Source: an uncultured Verrucomicrobiae bacterium | GTDB lineage: Bacteria; Verrucomicrobiota; Verrucomicrobiia; Chthoniobacterales; JAFAMB01 | Assembly (NCBI GenBank): GCA_963813025.1 | Contig: CAWEXO010000001.1 | Coordinates: 96,001 to 160,000, forward strand | Reading direction: 5' to 3' | Length of the DNA stretch: 64,000 nt | In this document: one piece after another, positions 27,213 through 37,127 of the stretch | Layout of the letters: each line of letters opens with the position of its first letter | Position numbering within the stretch: the first letter of the stretch is position 1 | Program-made: the position numbers and the translations under genes | The notes under the pieces: generated by a model | What the model saw: only the letters and a program-made list of their open reading frames with translations | Told to the model about the DNA's origin: nothing | The model's database searches: none

Positions 27213-29686
27213 AAGACCCGCTGCCAGATCGTCCGAATGACGACAATGAGTAACAGGATCAAGCCTTGCAACGCGGCAATGTAGTCCGAGCTCACCTGGA
27301 GGAAGCCCAATAATGCGCCCAGCAAGGACAAAGTCACCGCGGCAAGCACCACACCGATTGGGTCAATGCGACCACCGACGAGATCGCAGCCGCCCATGAC
27401 CACCGCAGCCACACTCAAAAGCGTGTAGCTGAGCGCAGCGTTCACGTCAGAGGCCGTGTTGATTCCGGTGAGAGCTAGACCAGCCGCCAAACCGAAACAT
27501 CCGCTGGTGAGGTAGGTCCAGACATGATACCGCAAATCCGACCAGCCGAGCTCGCGCATCGCGTGGGCGTTGTTGCCGAAACCACGCAGGACAATGCCGA
27601 ACCGGGTTCGCAGGAGGATTAAACCGACGGCAGCAAACGCCGCGATCAGGATCACGGGCATTGGCAGCAGGGGAAAATTAAAGTTAAATATACCTGCGAG
27701 CCAAGCGGGGGCGCTTCCACCGGGCATCGGCTGCAGAGCATAACCCAGCCCGATCCAGACAAAAGAACTCCCCAGAGTAGCAACGAGCGCCGGTATCCGG
27801 CGCACGTGAATTAACCAGCCGAGGACCCCATAGGCAGCCAACCCTCCGCCCAGGGCGACTATCCCGAGGAGCGGCTTCTCGACTAACCAGGTCGCACTGA
27901 CAACATTCGTCAGCCCGGCAAAACCACCGATGCCCAGATCGATCTCGCTTCGGCCAACCACAAACATCTGCCCAAGCGAAACCAGCACCAGCGGGACCGC
28001 CGTGCCCAGGAGCAATCCGAGGCCAAAAGGAGAAAGTGCTGATGGATTCAGCCAGCCGATCGCACTAAACACCGCGATTGCAGCCAGCAGAGGCGTAATC
28101 CAATGCGGCGCAGTAAAGCGTCTCTTCGCTTTCGCTTCGGCGGCGCGGCGTTCAGCGGGGTCGACCCCAAACGCCCGTCCTACCAGCTCGTCCCGTTCCG
28201 GTTTCGTGAGCTCGGCCACAATCCGGCCAAGCCGAAACACCAAAACCCGCGTACACTGTTCGAATTCGTTATCTTCCGAACTCTGCCAGACGACAAGTTT
28301 GCCTCGGCTAGCCATTTCAGAAAGTGTTCGATAAAACTCCGCTTTGACTCCTACGTCCACCCCCCGAGTCGGGTCGTCGAGCAGGATGGTCTCTGCATCC
28401 ACGAGCAGCGCCCGGGACAGAAGAGCCTTCTGCTGATTGCCGCCGCTGAGCTCGACGATCGGTTTTTCCAAAGCGTCCGAAGTGAACGCGAATCGTTTGA
28501 TCCAGGGATTGGCCCATTCGCGGTCTTCCCGCAACGAGACCAAGGCCCATGTCGGACGCTGAACCTGACGCGAGACCGTGATATTCAGCAGCGTCGGCCA
28601 GAGGCCGAAAATTCCTTCCTTGGCCCGATCTCCGGTGACATAGGCCGCCGAACCTGATCTTCGAACGGTTTGATATGGCTGTTTTCGCGCCCGGAAGATC
28701 GCCTGCAAAAGATTCTCTTGGCCGCTCCCCTCCAGGCCGGCCAAACCGATAATCTCTCCGGCACGGAGTTGAATCTGACGCCCCGGACCGCTGGAGATCC
28801 AGCGCTCGCCGATCTCCACCCGCCACCCGGGCGTACCTGAAGGTGAGGGCAAGCGCAGAGGTGCCTCCCGTACCCGAGGCGTCATGTTTCCTGAGGCACC
28901 GGAACCAGTCGGAAGAATCGTTGCGGCCGACAATAGCGTTATCAGGCTTTTTTCGTCGGTCTGACTGCGCGGCCCCTGCCAGACAACACGCCCGTCACGC
29001 ATGACGATGCATTCCTGCGAGAGATCGAGTATCTCTTCCAAGCGGTGGCCGATGAAAACCACGGCCATGCCCTCGCTCGATCGCCTCCGGAGATAAGCGA
29101 GGAGCTGGTGGGCGCGCCGGGCGTCTAACGACGAGGTCGGTTCGTCGAGAATCAGCAGCTTTAGCCTTGGATCGAGCACGGCGCGCGCGATCTCGACCAT
29201 CTGGCGTTCGGCCAGGCGAAGGCTGCCCACCTGACTGCTTGTGCGCACGCGATTATCAGGAAAGATCGCATGCAGTATTTTCGCGATGGCGCGCTCGGCT
29301 TTTCGACGCCAATTAAACCCCCGGAAAGCGCGTCCAAACTCGAGCAAAACGTTCTCGCTGACGGTCAGATTGGTACATAAGGAAAGTTCCTGGTGGACAA
29401 CGCGAACGCCCAGGCTCTTGGCAATCGATGGAGAATAGCTTCCAAAATGAACTTGAGTTCCATCCAGAGAAACGGAGCCGCGATCCGGGGTAATGCGACC
29501 TGAAAGGATTCGTGTTAGCGTGGACTTGCCCGCTCCATTTCCGCCAAGCAACGCGGTAATCCTCCCACGCTGAATGGCGAGCGAAACGCCGTTGACCGCC
29601 ACGGTCGCACCAAACGTTTTCGTTAATTGCTCAGCCGCGAGGAGCGTATCGGGAGGGCTGTCAACGCGAAAATCATGAGGCAGCAT
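27209..29686 (-). CDS. Fused sugar ABC protein: tandem ATPase domains plus permease
   Basis: GGNGAGKS, LDEPTSSL, LSGGNQQK and DDPTRGVD, followed by an RbsC-type TM domain. Confidence 0.88.
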   Translation of the reverse strand: MLPHDFRVDSPPDTLLAAEQLTKTFGATVAVNGVSLAIQRGRITALLGGNGAGKSTLTRILSGRITPDRGSVSLDGTQVHFGSYSPSIAKSLGVRVVHQELSLCTNLTVSENVLLEFGRAFRGFNWRRKAERAIAKILHAIFPDNRVRTSSQVGSLRLAERQMVEIARAVLDPRLKLLILDEPTSSLDARRAHQLLAYLRRRSSEGMAVVFIGHRLEEILDLSQECIVMRDGRVVWQGPRSQTDEKSLITLLSAATILPTGSGASGNMTPRVREAPLRLPSPSGTPGWRVEIGERWISSGPGRQIQLRAGEIIGLAGLEGSGQENLLQAIFRARKQPYQTVRRSGSAAYVTGDRAKEGIFGLWPTLLNITVSRQVQRPTWALVSLREDREWANPWIKRFAFTSDALEKPIVELSGGNQQKALLSRALLVDAETILLDDPTRGVDVGVKAEFYRTLSEMASRGKLVVWQSSEDNEFEQCTRVLVFRLGRIVAELTKPERDELVGRAFGVDPAERRAAEAKAKRRFTAPHWITPLLAAIAVFSAIGWLNPSALSPFGLGLLLGTAVPLVLVSLGQMFVVGRSEIDLGIGGFAGLTNVVSATWLVEKPLLGIVALGGGLAAYGVLGWLIHVRRIPALVATLGSSFVWIGLGYALQPMPGGSAPAWLAGIFNFNFPLLPMPVILIAAFAAVGLILLRTRFGIVLRGFGNNAHAMRELGWSDLRYHVWTYLTSGCFGLAAGLALTGINTASDVNAALSYTLLSVAAVVMGGCDLVGGRIDPIGVVLAAVTLSLLGALLGFLQVSSDYIAALQGLILLLIVVIRTIWQRVL

Positions 29687-29689
29687 TTT

Positions 29690-29850
29690 AAGCGGCGGAA
29701 GCGGAGGGAGCGGGTTCAGCGGAGGAAGGTAAGTATCAGATCACACTCAACAGCCTGATCCTGCAATTACGAATCGCTGACATATCATACCTTCTGCTGC
29801 TCTCGCGCTACTTTCCTCCGCTGAAACCGCCCCCGCCGCTCCTTCCGCTT
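29690..29850. repeat. Long imperfect intercistronic inverted repeat
   Basis: About 43-bp arms AAGCGGCGGAAGCGG...CAGCGGAGGAAGGTA and TACTTTCCTCCGCTG...TCCGCTT. Confidence 0.7.
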
Positions 29851-29855
29851 AGTTC

Positions 29856-30872
29856 CTACTTCTTCACCAGATTCGTTTGAACCCATTCCCGAGTGTAGGT
29901 CGGACTCACAATCTGACCAGGCGGCATGTTCGTGTACTCCGCCAGGTTTTCACTGGTCACTCGTGCGCCGGGCATCTTGATCACTGTTGGAACGTTCTCA
30001 CCATTGAGAATATCGATCGCCAGCCACACAGCGGCACCCCCAATCCCCGGCGCGGTATTGGCGGAGATTGTCTGGTAGGGGGCCTTCTTGTTCTGCTCAG
30101 CCCACCATCGTAGAAAATTCGAAGTTCCACCACCCTGGATAATCGGAAGCTTACCCCCGGCTTGCTCGAAGGCCTGCACGATTCCGATATCGTCACCTCC
30201 CCCCTGAGCGATCACGGCATCCACGTGTTTCAGCGTTGGCAGAATGTTTGCCACTGCCGCCTGTGCTACTGAGGTCGTCGCCTGACCGTAAATTTCACCA
30301 ACAATGTTTATCTCGGGGTATTTCTTGAGGACATCCTTCTGCGCATCCGAGATAATCTTGTCCGGTGCGGATCCTTGGACGCCGCGGACCAGCAAGACAT
30401 TTCCTTTCCCGTGCATCAGTGTCCCGGCAATATAGTCGGCCATACTGCCAAAGATACCGACCATATCGAAATCGAGTTTGTAAGCGCAATCAGCCGTCGC
30501 GATCGAGTCGAAGGCAAGCACTTTGATCCCGGCTTGGCAGGCTTTCTCAATCGTGCCGTTGAGCGCCGTGGGCGACGCGGAATTGATGCAGATCGCATCG
30601 ACTCCTTTGAGGATCAGTCCGCTGAGCTGGGCGTTCTGCTGATTGACCGTGCCGTCTCCATTTTCAACGACGTAATCAGAAATCAACCCTTCTGCTTTTG
30701 CTTGATCAGCGGCCTGACGAAAGGCCTCTACCATCTGGTGTCGCCAGATGTTTCCGTAATAAGAATTCGAGAGCGCGATTTTCCATTTCTTTTTCTGACC
30801 AGCCTCCTGGGCCTGGGTCGAAAAACCAAAACAAACGGAGAGCAGACTGAGAACGAGGACGAGACGTTTCAT
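29856..30872 (-). CDS. Sugar ABC substrate-binding protein (periplasmic binding protein type I)
   Basis: Signal peptide, IALSNSYYGNIWR, GVDAI, AFDS. Confidence 0.9.
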   Translation of the reverse strand: MKRLVLVLSLLSVCFGFSTQAQEAGQKKKWKIALSNSYYGNIWRHQMVEAFRQAADQAKAEGLISDYVVENGDGTVNQQNAQLSGLILKGVDAICINSASPTALNGTIEKACQAGIKVLAFDSIATADCAYKLDFDMVGIFGSMADYIAGTLMHGKGNVLLVRGVQGSAPDKIISDAQKDVLKKYPEINIVGEIYGQATTSVAQAAVANILPTLKHVDAVIAQGGGDDIGIVQAFEQAGGKLPIIQGGGTSNFLRWWAEQNKKAPYQTISANTAPGIGGAAVWLAIDILNGENVPTVIKMPGARVTSENLAEYTNMPPGQIVSPTYTREWVQTNLVKK

Positions 30873-31109
30873 AACAATTGTGTATCGGGGGGTCGGCAGA
30901 GCTATTGAAGCAACGAACTGTTAGTCTAGCCAGCCGGCCAAGACCTGCCTTTAGCCGGGACGGAAAGTTGTTTCGCCGGTTTGGAACCTGCGTCGCACAA
31001 AAGGCCTCGGCCCTGCGCGATAGGTCAACAATTCGCGATTCTGTCGCAACCTGTCTTTGGCTCAGGTTCCGTCAGGTCGATCCGCCTTGGCGGATGAGCC
31101 TTTCGAATA

Positions 31110-31225
31110 AAAGAGATTGTCCCGCAACACCTACGGTCGGTAGGGTCAAGCTCCCGCTTGACCTCCTTTCTGTTGGATCACGTCTTGATCCGGACGAGCT
31201 GAAGCTCATCCCTACCGCTCCTCGT
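31110..31225 (+). repeat. GTAG REPIN
   Basis: GTAGGGTCAAGCTCCCGCTTGACC...GGACGAGCTGAAGCTCATCCCTAC; near-identical to 333-440. Confidence 0.88.
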
Positions 31226-31392
31226 CCTTGAGGCCACTGTGAAAGCGGCTCGAATAAATTATCGATCGTTAGCCATTCTAGAAAACGAACAGCCCTCAGC
31301 ACCTTGCATAAAATCAACGGGACAGTGTTTTTTATTTTAGAGAGACGAATTTTTGCGTAGGTGAGATTGAGCCCCTGCAATCCCTTCGCCCG

Positions 31393-33282
31393 ATGTCCTC
31401 ACCGCCGGATCGCCGTGTCATCCATTTGTCCACCCAGGAATTCACCTGCCGTTTTGAAACCGACACCGGATTTCTTCGGCGAATCAATCGAGGCAACACC
31501 GAAATCGTGCGCGCCATTTACGCCGCCGTGCGGGACGAAAATTGGAACACGATTCAGCCGCAGATCGAGATCAGGGCGATCCGAGCCGAGCCCAACGCAT
31601 TTCGGGTCGACTTCGAGGCACATTGTGAAGCGCCGAACATTCGCTTCTGGTGGACTGGATCGATCGAAGGACGGGGTTCTTGCCTGTCATTTTCATTTCA
31701 CGGAGAAGCGAAAACCAGCTTTCGCAAGAACCGGATTGGTCTGTGCATTCTTCATCCCATCCGGGAATGCGCGGGAATTCACTGCCATATCCAGCAAGCG
31801 ACAGGCGCCTGGATAAAAGCCGAGTTTCCGTCCTCTATCTCGCCCCATCAACCGTTCAAGGACTTGCGAGCAATGCGCTGGCCGGCCAGTCCGAAAATCG
31901 ACGCCGAGCTGCAGTTCTCTGGCGATATTTTTGAGACCGAAGACCAGCGGAATTGGACCGATGCGTCGTTCAAGACCTATTGTACTCCACTGGCAATTCC
32001 TTTTCCCGTCTTGATCGAGGCCGGGACAAAGATTGACCAGGAGGTAATTCTACAGATACAGCCGACCAGCGCGATCGCCGATGTCCCGAACGCACCCGGC
32101 GAGATTCGCCTGGACCAAATAAGAGCGAAGCTGGCGATGCCTGCCGTGGGACTAGGCATGGCGAGTCACGGGCAGCCCTTGAGCGACCTCCAACTCGATC
32201 GGCTCCGGCGATTGTCGCTCGATCACCTGCGGGTGGATCTGCCGTTGGCCCGCGAAGATTGGCTGAACCGCTACGAGGAAGCGCGCGAGGCGGCGTCTGC
32301 CCTGAACGCCGGACTGCAGACAGCGATCTTTCTCTCCGACCAGGCGGAGGCCGAGCTGATCCGATTTCGACAATCCGTTGACCTGTCCTCGATCCGTTCC
32401 TGTTTGATCTTTCATGAAAAGGAAAGCGCGACTTCTCCGCGCTGGTTGGAGCTAGCGGAGCGAATGTTAGGAGATTTCCCACTGGTTGCCGGAACCAATG
32501 CCTACTTCACTGAGTTGAACCGGCAGCATCCTCCAGAACGTTTCGCCGTCACTTTTTCCATCAATCCACAAGTACACGCTTTCGATGATCTCAGCCTGAT
32601 GGAGAATCTCGAAGGCCAACCGGCGGTGGTGAACAGCGCGCGCCAATTTTGTACGGGCGGCGTTTTTGTGACCCCGATCACCTTGCGACCACGGTTTAAC
32701 CCAAACGCCACCAGCGGAACGGTCGAACTTCCTGACCACCTTCCTTCCAGTGTGGACCCGCGACAGCGAACTCTGTTTGGGGCGTGCTGGACAGCGGGTT
32801 CTCTGGCTGCCCTGCTTCCCTGCGATGGAGTGGCCAGCCTTACCTATTTTGAAACGACTGGCTGGCGCGGCCTGATGGAAACGAGCCAGGGCTCGCCGCT
32901 GCAGGCCAAGTTCGGGTCGGCGCCGGACGAAGTTTTTCCGATCTATTACCTCTTCGAATTTTTAGCCGGAGCAACCACTGTGCTGCGCCTTGCCAGTCCA
33001 CCGTCCGAGGGAATTTCCGCTCTGGCCGTTGAACGTGCGGACGGCTCTACCCGATACATTGTGGCAAATCTTGAATCCCGCGACAAGCGGATCGTTTGCC
33101 ATTTGCCTGCCGAAAGCGCTGCCGCAGTTTACCTCGGTCTTGATCAAATCGATCTACTTCGTCGCGGATTATTGCCCGAAGCGGAGCGGCGTTCGTTCCC
33201 TGACGGAATCTTGAGCTTGGAGCTCCCGGCCCTATCGGTCGCGCTACTGCAAGCTGACCCGCGAGAACCACCCAAGAGCTGA
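31393..33282 (+). CDS. D-apionate lactonase-like protein (ApnL family)
   Basis: VRDENWNT, NRIGLCILHP, GDIFETEDQRNWTDASFKTYCTPL, YFTELNR, PQVHAFDD, DPRQ; lies near an ApnO-like gene. Confidence 0.75.
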   Translation: MSSPPDRRVIHLSTQEFTCRFETDTGFLRRINRGNTEIVRAIYAAVRDENWNTIQPQIEIRAIRAEPNAFRVDFEAHCEAPNIRFWWTGSIEGRGSCLSFSFHGEAKTSFRKNRIGLCILHPIRECAGIHCHIQQATGAWIKAEFPSSISPHQPFKDLRAMRWPASPKIDAELQFSGDIFETEDQRNWTDASFKTYCTPLAIPFPVLIEAGTKIDQEVILQIQPTSAIADVPNAPGEIRLDQIRAKLAMPAVGLGMASHGQPLSDLQLDRLRRLSLDHLRVDLPLAREDWLNRYEEAREAASALNAGLQTAIFLSDQAEAELIRFRQSVDLSSIRSCLIFHEKESATSPRWLELAERMLGDFPLVAGTNAYFTELNRQHPPERFAVTFSINPQVHAFDDLSLMENLEGQPAVVNSARQFCTGGVFVTPITLRPRFNPNATSGTVELPDHLPSSVDPRQRTLFGACWTAGSLAALLPCDGVASLTYFETTGWRGLMETSQGSPLQAKFGSAPDEVFPIYYLFEFLAGATTVLRLASPPSEGISALAVERADGSTRYIVANLESRDKRIVCHLPAESAAAVYLGLDQIDLLRRGLLPEAERRSFPDGILSLELPALSVALLQADPREPPKS

Positions 33283-33509
33283 AGCAACGAACTCGTTAGA
33301 AGCCAGAAGATTCCGAAACAGACATCGCGCCCCTACCTAAAGCATTTCTCAAAATGGATGGATTCCAACAAACTGTTTCGAAATCTTCTCGCAAAAAAAG
33401 TCAGCAGAATTCTCCGGCGCAGCCGGAAGATTCTGCTGCCGCAGCCTGCGTCGTTCGCAAACCGTTTACTATTTGCGAGCGACGCAGGCTATGGGATGTC
33501 GCGACCGGG

Positions 33510-34439
33510 ATGCGATTCGAGCCGCACCGAATCCGCTTGGATGCAACCGGCCGTTACGACGAGGCGCTTGATCGCGAGTTCCCGTTTGTCGTCCGCTTGT
33601 TTCACTTTCGGCACAAGGATTACACCCCAGGGTTGACTTGGCACGAGCGGCTCGAGCTTTTCCTCCCGCTGGATGGAATCACCCGGATGCGGATGGGAGA
33701 ACAAGTCGTCGAACTGGAGCCAGGCGAGTTACTGATCGTTGACAACCTCCGCCTCCACATGACACTCGATTATCCGGGGTTCGATTCGCGGGTTATAGTG
33801 GTCAGTTTCCTGCCCGAATTCGTCTACAGCTTGGGCTCGCCTTCCCACGATTATTTTTTCCTACTGCCCTTTTACTTTCGGGCCATCGACCGAGCACATG
33901 TTGTTCGCCGGAGTTCCCCTCTTTTGTCGCAGATGCACGATGCGATTGCCCAGCTGTTACAGTGTTATTTTCAGCGCCCGGTTTACTTTCAGGCCGGCTG
34001 CAAGGCGCACTTGCTCCAGCTGCTTTACCTGCTTGCCCAGCAGTTCCGATCCGCCGAGTACCTCCGTTCAGAACTCATTCGCCAACAGGAACGCTCCTCC
34101 CGGCTGCGGCCGATTTTTGAACATGTGTCGCACAATTTTACAGAAAACCTGACCCTCAAACAGGCCGCAACCATGGTCAACATGAGCCTGCCGCAATTCA
34201 TCAAACTGTTCAAACGAGTCGCCGGAATGACTTTTGTGAGCTACGTAACGCATGTCCGGCTCTCCCACGCACTCCGTTTGCTGAAAGAGAGTTCCTACAC
34301 CATCGCGGAGGTGGCAAGTCGCACCGGATTTTCGGATCAAAGCTATTTTGATCGCCGATTCAAAGCCGCCTTCGGCCAGGTGCCCAGTTCTTTTCGCCGC
34401 TCCGGACGTATCCGTCGAAGCTTTAGCGAACGCGCCTGA
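33510..34439 (+). CDS. AraC-family transcriptional regulator
   Basis: Cupin WHERLEL and C-terminal HTH with GFSDQSYFDRRFK; ATG at 33510 chosen. Confidence 0.9.
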   Translation: MRFEPHRIRLDATGRYDEALDREFPFVVRLFHFRHKDYTPGLTWHERLELFLPLDGITRMRMGEQVVELEPGELLIVDNLRLHMTLDYPGFDSRVIVVSFLPEFVYSLGSPSHDYFFLLPFYFRAIDRAHVVRRSSPLLSQMHDAIAQLLQCYFQRPVYFQAGCKAHLLQLLYLLAQQFRSAEYLRSELIRQQERSSRLRPIFEHVSHNFTENLTLKQAATMVNMSLPQFIKLFKRVAGMTFVSYVTHVRLSHALRLLKESSYTIAEVASRTGFSDQSYFDRRFKAAFGQVPSSFRRSGRIRRSFSERA

Positions 34440-34442
34440 GAG

Positions 34443-34766
34443 TCACTCCCACTTCCCGAGCAGGGAATTACGCGTGGGTTCGCTGAACCTGGCCAACTCT
34501 TCATCGGTGATTACTCCGAGGTTCATAATAATGCTTATCTGTAGTTCTGCGGTAGAACGTCGAAAGTCATTGAAAGCCGCACCCAATTCCTTGTCTTTAT
34601 CGTGCATGAACCGGTAAGCCTTCAGATAGCGCTCGTGAGAGCTCCATCCTGGCCGCGCTAGCAAGCGCTTCATCTCTTCATTCACGCTCGTGCAATACCG
34701 ATCGAGCCAAATCTTGTAGAATTGACGAAAGACTTTCCAGTCGGCTTCTGGAATCGGTTTCCACAT
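34443..34766 (-). CDS. Hypothetical protein
   Basis: MWKPIPEADWKVFR...FNDFRRS...GVITDEELARFS; fills the gap between genes and looks protein-like. Confidence 0.65.
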   Translation of the reverse strand: MWKPIPEADWKVFRQFYKIWLDRYCTSVNEEMKRLLARPGWSSHERYLKAYRFMHDKDKELGAAFNDFRRSTAELQISIIMNLGVITDEELARFSEPTRNSLLGKWE

Positions 34767-34932
34767 GATGCAAAGTGTTTCCCAAAATGGCCAAGGTGCA
34801 AACGAGTTCTTTTGTCGGATTGCACCAATGCACTGGTAGCAACGCATTTCTATAGGGGTAAAAATCGTCCAAAAGAAAGATCAAACCCTTCTAGCCGAAG
34901 TTTCTGGGCAACAGCTACGTTGCCAGCCGTCT

Positions 34933-35298
34933 GTGACCCCCCTGCGCATTGCTGTCGTCGGCTGCGGTTTCTGGAGTCGTTTCCAGATTCCGGCTTGGCG
35001 CGAGATTGCCGGAATCGAGTGCGCCGGAGAAGACGTCGCGACCGTTTTCCTGAAGATGAGGAATGGAACTACGGTGACCTGCAATCTAAGCTTCGCCAGC
35101 CGGCTCGAGCTCGAACGATTCCCGGAAACCGTTATCCTGGTTGAGTGCAACCGAGGTTCCGTGGAGTTGGCCCCGAGTGCTGGATTCGGACGACCGGCCG
35201 AGACAACGGGAGAAGATAACCTGCGAACGCTTCAGCTCGTGTTTGCGGCATACGCCAGCGCGCGGTTCGGCGAAGTAGTCAAACTGGCTGACGGATGA
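34933..35298 (+). pseudogene. Internally deleted Gfo/Idh/MocA oxidoreductase (D-apiose dehydrogenase-like)
   Basis: IAVVGCGFWS N-terminus, GEDVATV middle and EDNLRTLQLVFAAY C-terminus, all in only 121 aa; the EKP motif is missing. Confidence 0.75.
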
Positions 35299-35318
35299 TT
35301 TCAAAAGAAATGTAAACC

Positions 35319-36155
35319 ATGAATATCACCTTACTTGGCGCCGGGGGAAAGATGGGTGGACGGCTGACCGCTAATCTTCGGCCCAGACCGGAGTACAAAA
35401 TCGATTATGTTGAGATCAGCGAGATCGCAAGGAAACGGCTGGCGGAGCAACAGATCCAAGCCACCGAGCTCTCCGAGGCGGTCAGGCGGACCGAAGTTCT
35501 CATCCTGGCGATTCCTGATTCCGCGATTGGAAAGGTAACTCAGGAGCTCATCCCTCAGCTGCGCCCTGGTACCATGGTCTTTGGGCTGGACCCGGCCGCT
35601 GCCTACGCCGGAGTCATTCCGATTCGCGAAGATCTTTCCTACTTCGTTGCCCATCCGTGCCATCCGCCCTTGTTTACGGACCGAGACCCGGCTGGACCTG
35701 ACTCAGATTGGTTTGGCGGCCGAGGGACCCTTCCCCAAAGCGTTGTCTGTGCGCTGCATCACGGTCCGGAAAAGGATTACGCCATTGGGGAGAGGCTGGC
35801 GGCCCACATGTTCGCTCCCATCCTCCGACTTCACCGGATTACGGTCGAACAGATGGCAATCCTGGAGCCTGCGGTGGTGGAGTCCACTATGCTGACCTGT
35901 GTCACGATTATGAAACAGGCCATGGAAGAAGCCGTGCAATACGGAGTCCCCCGCGAGGCCGCCTGGGATTTCTGTCTCGGTCACATTCGCACCGAACTGG
36001 CAATCGTCTTCGGGTTCGCGGGTTTCCCAGTGTCAGATGGCGCTAAGCGCGCAGTTGAGCAAAACATGAAACGAATTTTTCGAGAGGATTGGCGCGACGT
36101 CATTTCGATTCCTGCCCTTCGCGAGAGCGTGCGGGATATCTGTAACGCGGCATGA
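35319..36155 (+). CDS. D-apionate oxidoisomerase-like protein (ApnO / PGDH_C family)
   Basis: LLGAGGKMG, LDPAAAYAG, HPCHP, EQMAILEP, FCLGH, SDGA. Confidence 0.8.
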   Translation: MNITLLGAGGKMGGRLTANLRPRPEYKIDYVEISEIARKRLAEQQIQATELSEAVRRTEVLILAIPDSAIGKVTQELIPQLRPGTMVFGLDPAAAYAGVIPIREDLSYFVAHPCHPPLFTDRDPAGPDSDWFGGRGTLPQSVVCALHHGPEKDYAIGERLAAHMFAPILRLHRITVEQMAILEPAVVESTMLTCVTIMKQAMEEAVQYGVPREAAWDFCLGHIRTELAIVFGFAGFPVSDGAKRAVEQNMKRIFREDWRDVISIPALRESVRDICNAA

Positions 36156-37006
36156 CGACAATCGGACCCACCGGCGGAAAAATCGGCATTGGTTCATGGA
36201 CTTATCCATGGGCGGTCGGAACAATTCCGGAGCGCCGGCCGGAGACACCGCTCAAGCCTATCGATTTGGTCCACCGAGCACACGCGCTCGGTGTCGGGGT
36301 AGTCCAGATCCTCGACAACTTGCCGATGGACCGACTATCGCGGGCTGAACTGGATGAGCTACGTCGAGCCGCTGAGGATTGTTCGGTTGATCTGCAGATC
36401 GGCACTCGCGGCGTCGAACCAGATCATCTCCGTCGCTACCTGGAGATAGCTTGCCGGGTAGGGTCTCGCCTGGTTCGAACGATGGGAGGCTGGAACGGAA
36501 AACCGGCGCCGCTGCCGATCATGGAGCAAAGCCTGCGAGATGTACTCCCGGACTTTGGCGACGCTGCTGTGCTGTTGGCCTTGGAGAATTACGAAGCTTA
36601 TCGCACGAGCGATCTGGCCAATCTGGTTCGCGCGATCAATCATCCTTTTCTGGGTATTTGTTTTGACCTGACGAATTCGCTAGGCGCCCTGGAGAACATA
36701 GAGGAGATTCTGCAGAATTTGCTCCCTTTGGCCGTCAACGTGCATCTGAAAGAATTTACGATTGAACGGATGGCTCACCTGATGGGGTTCGCTTTTACGG
36801 GCCGGCCGACGGGGCAAGGCCGATTGCCGCTCGACCGTATTTTCGCCGAGTTGCGCCGTCTCGATCGCCGCCCCGATGTTATCATTGAGCTCTGGACACC
36901 ATTCTCGCAATCACTGTCCGAGACGCTCACTCTGGAAGAGAGCTGGGCGAAACAAAGTGTTACTTACCTAAAAGGTTTACCACGGTTCGAAGACATCGTT
37001 TCCTGA
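36152..37006 (+). CDS. Xylose isomerase-like TIM barrel protein (possible 3-oxo-isoapionate decarboxylase)
   Basis: GIGSWTYPW, ALENYE, FDLTNS, VHLKE, IIELW; overlaps the apnO-like stop. Confidence 0.75.
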   Translation: MTTIGPTGGKIGIGSWTYPWAVGTIPERRPETPLKPIDLVHRAHALGVGVVQILDNLPMDRLSRAELDELRRAAEDCSVDLQIGTRGVEPDHLRRYLEIACRVGSRLVRTMGGWNGKPAPLPIMEQSLRDVLPDFGDAAVLLALENYEAYRTSDLANLVRAINHPFLGICFDLTNSLGALENIEEILQNLLPLAVNVHLKEFTIERMAHLMGFAFTGRPTGQGRLPLDRIFAELRRLDRRPDVIIELWTPFSQSLSETLTLEESWAKQSVTYLKGLPRFEDIVS

Positions 37007-37013
37007 GTTCCGA

Positions 37014-37118
37014 TAGCCAATATCCGATGACTGATGACTGACTCCTGCAACTCCTGTAACTCCTGTAACTCCTGTAACTCCTGTAACTCCTGTAACTCCT
37101 GTAACTCCTGCAACTGCT
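37014..37118. repeat. Nonamer tandem array (CTCCTGTAA) of about 8 units with flanking heptamers
   Basis: Read directly. Confidence 0.92.
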
Positions 37119-37127
37119 CCCTCCCCC

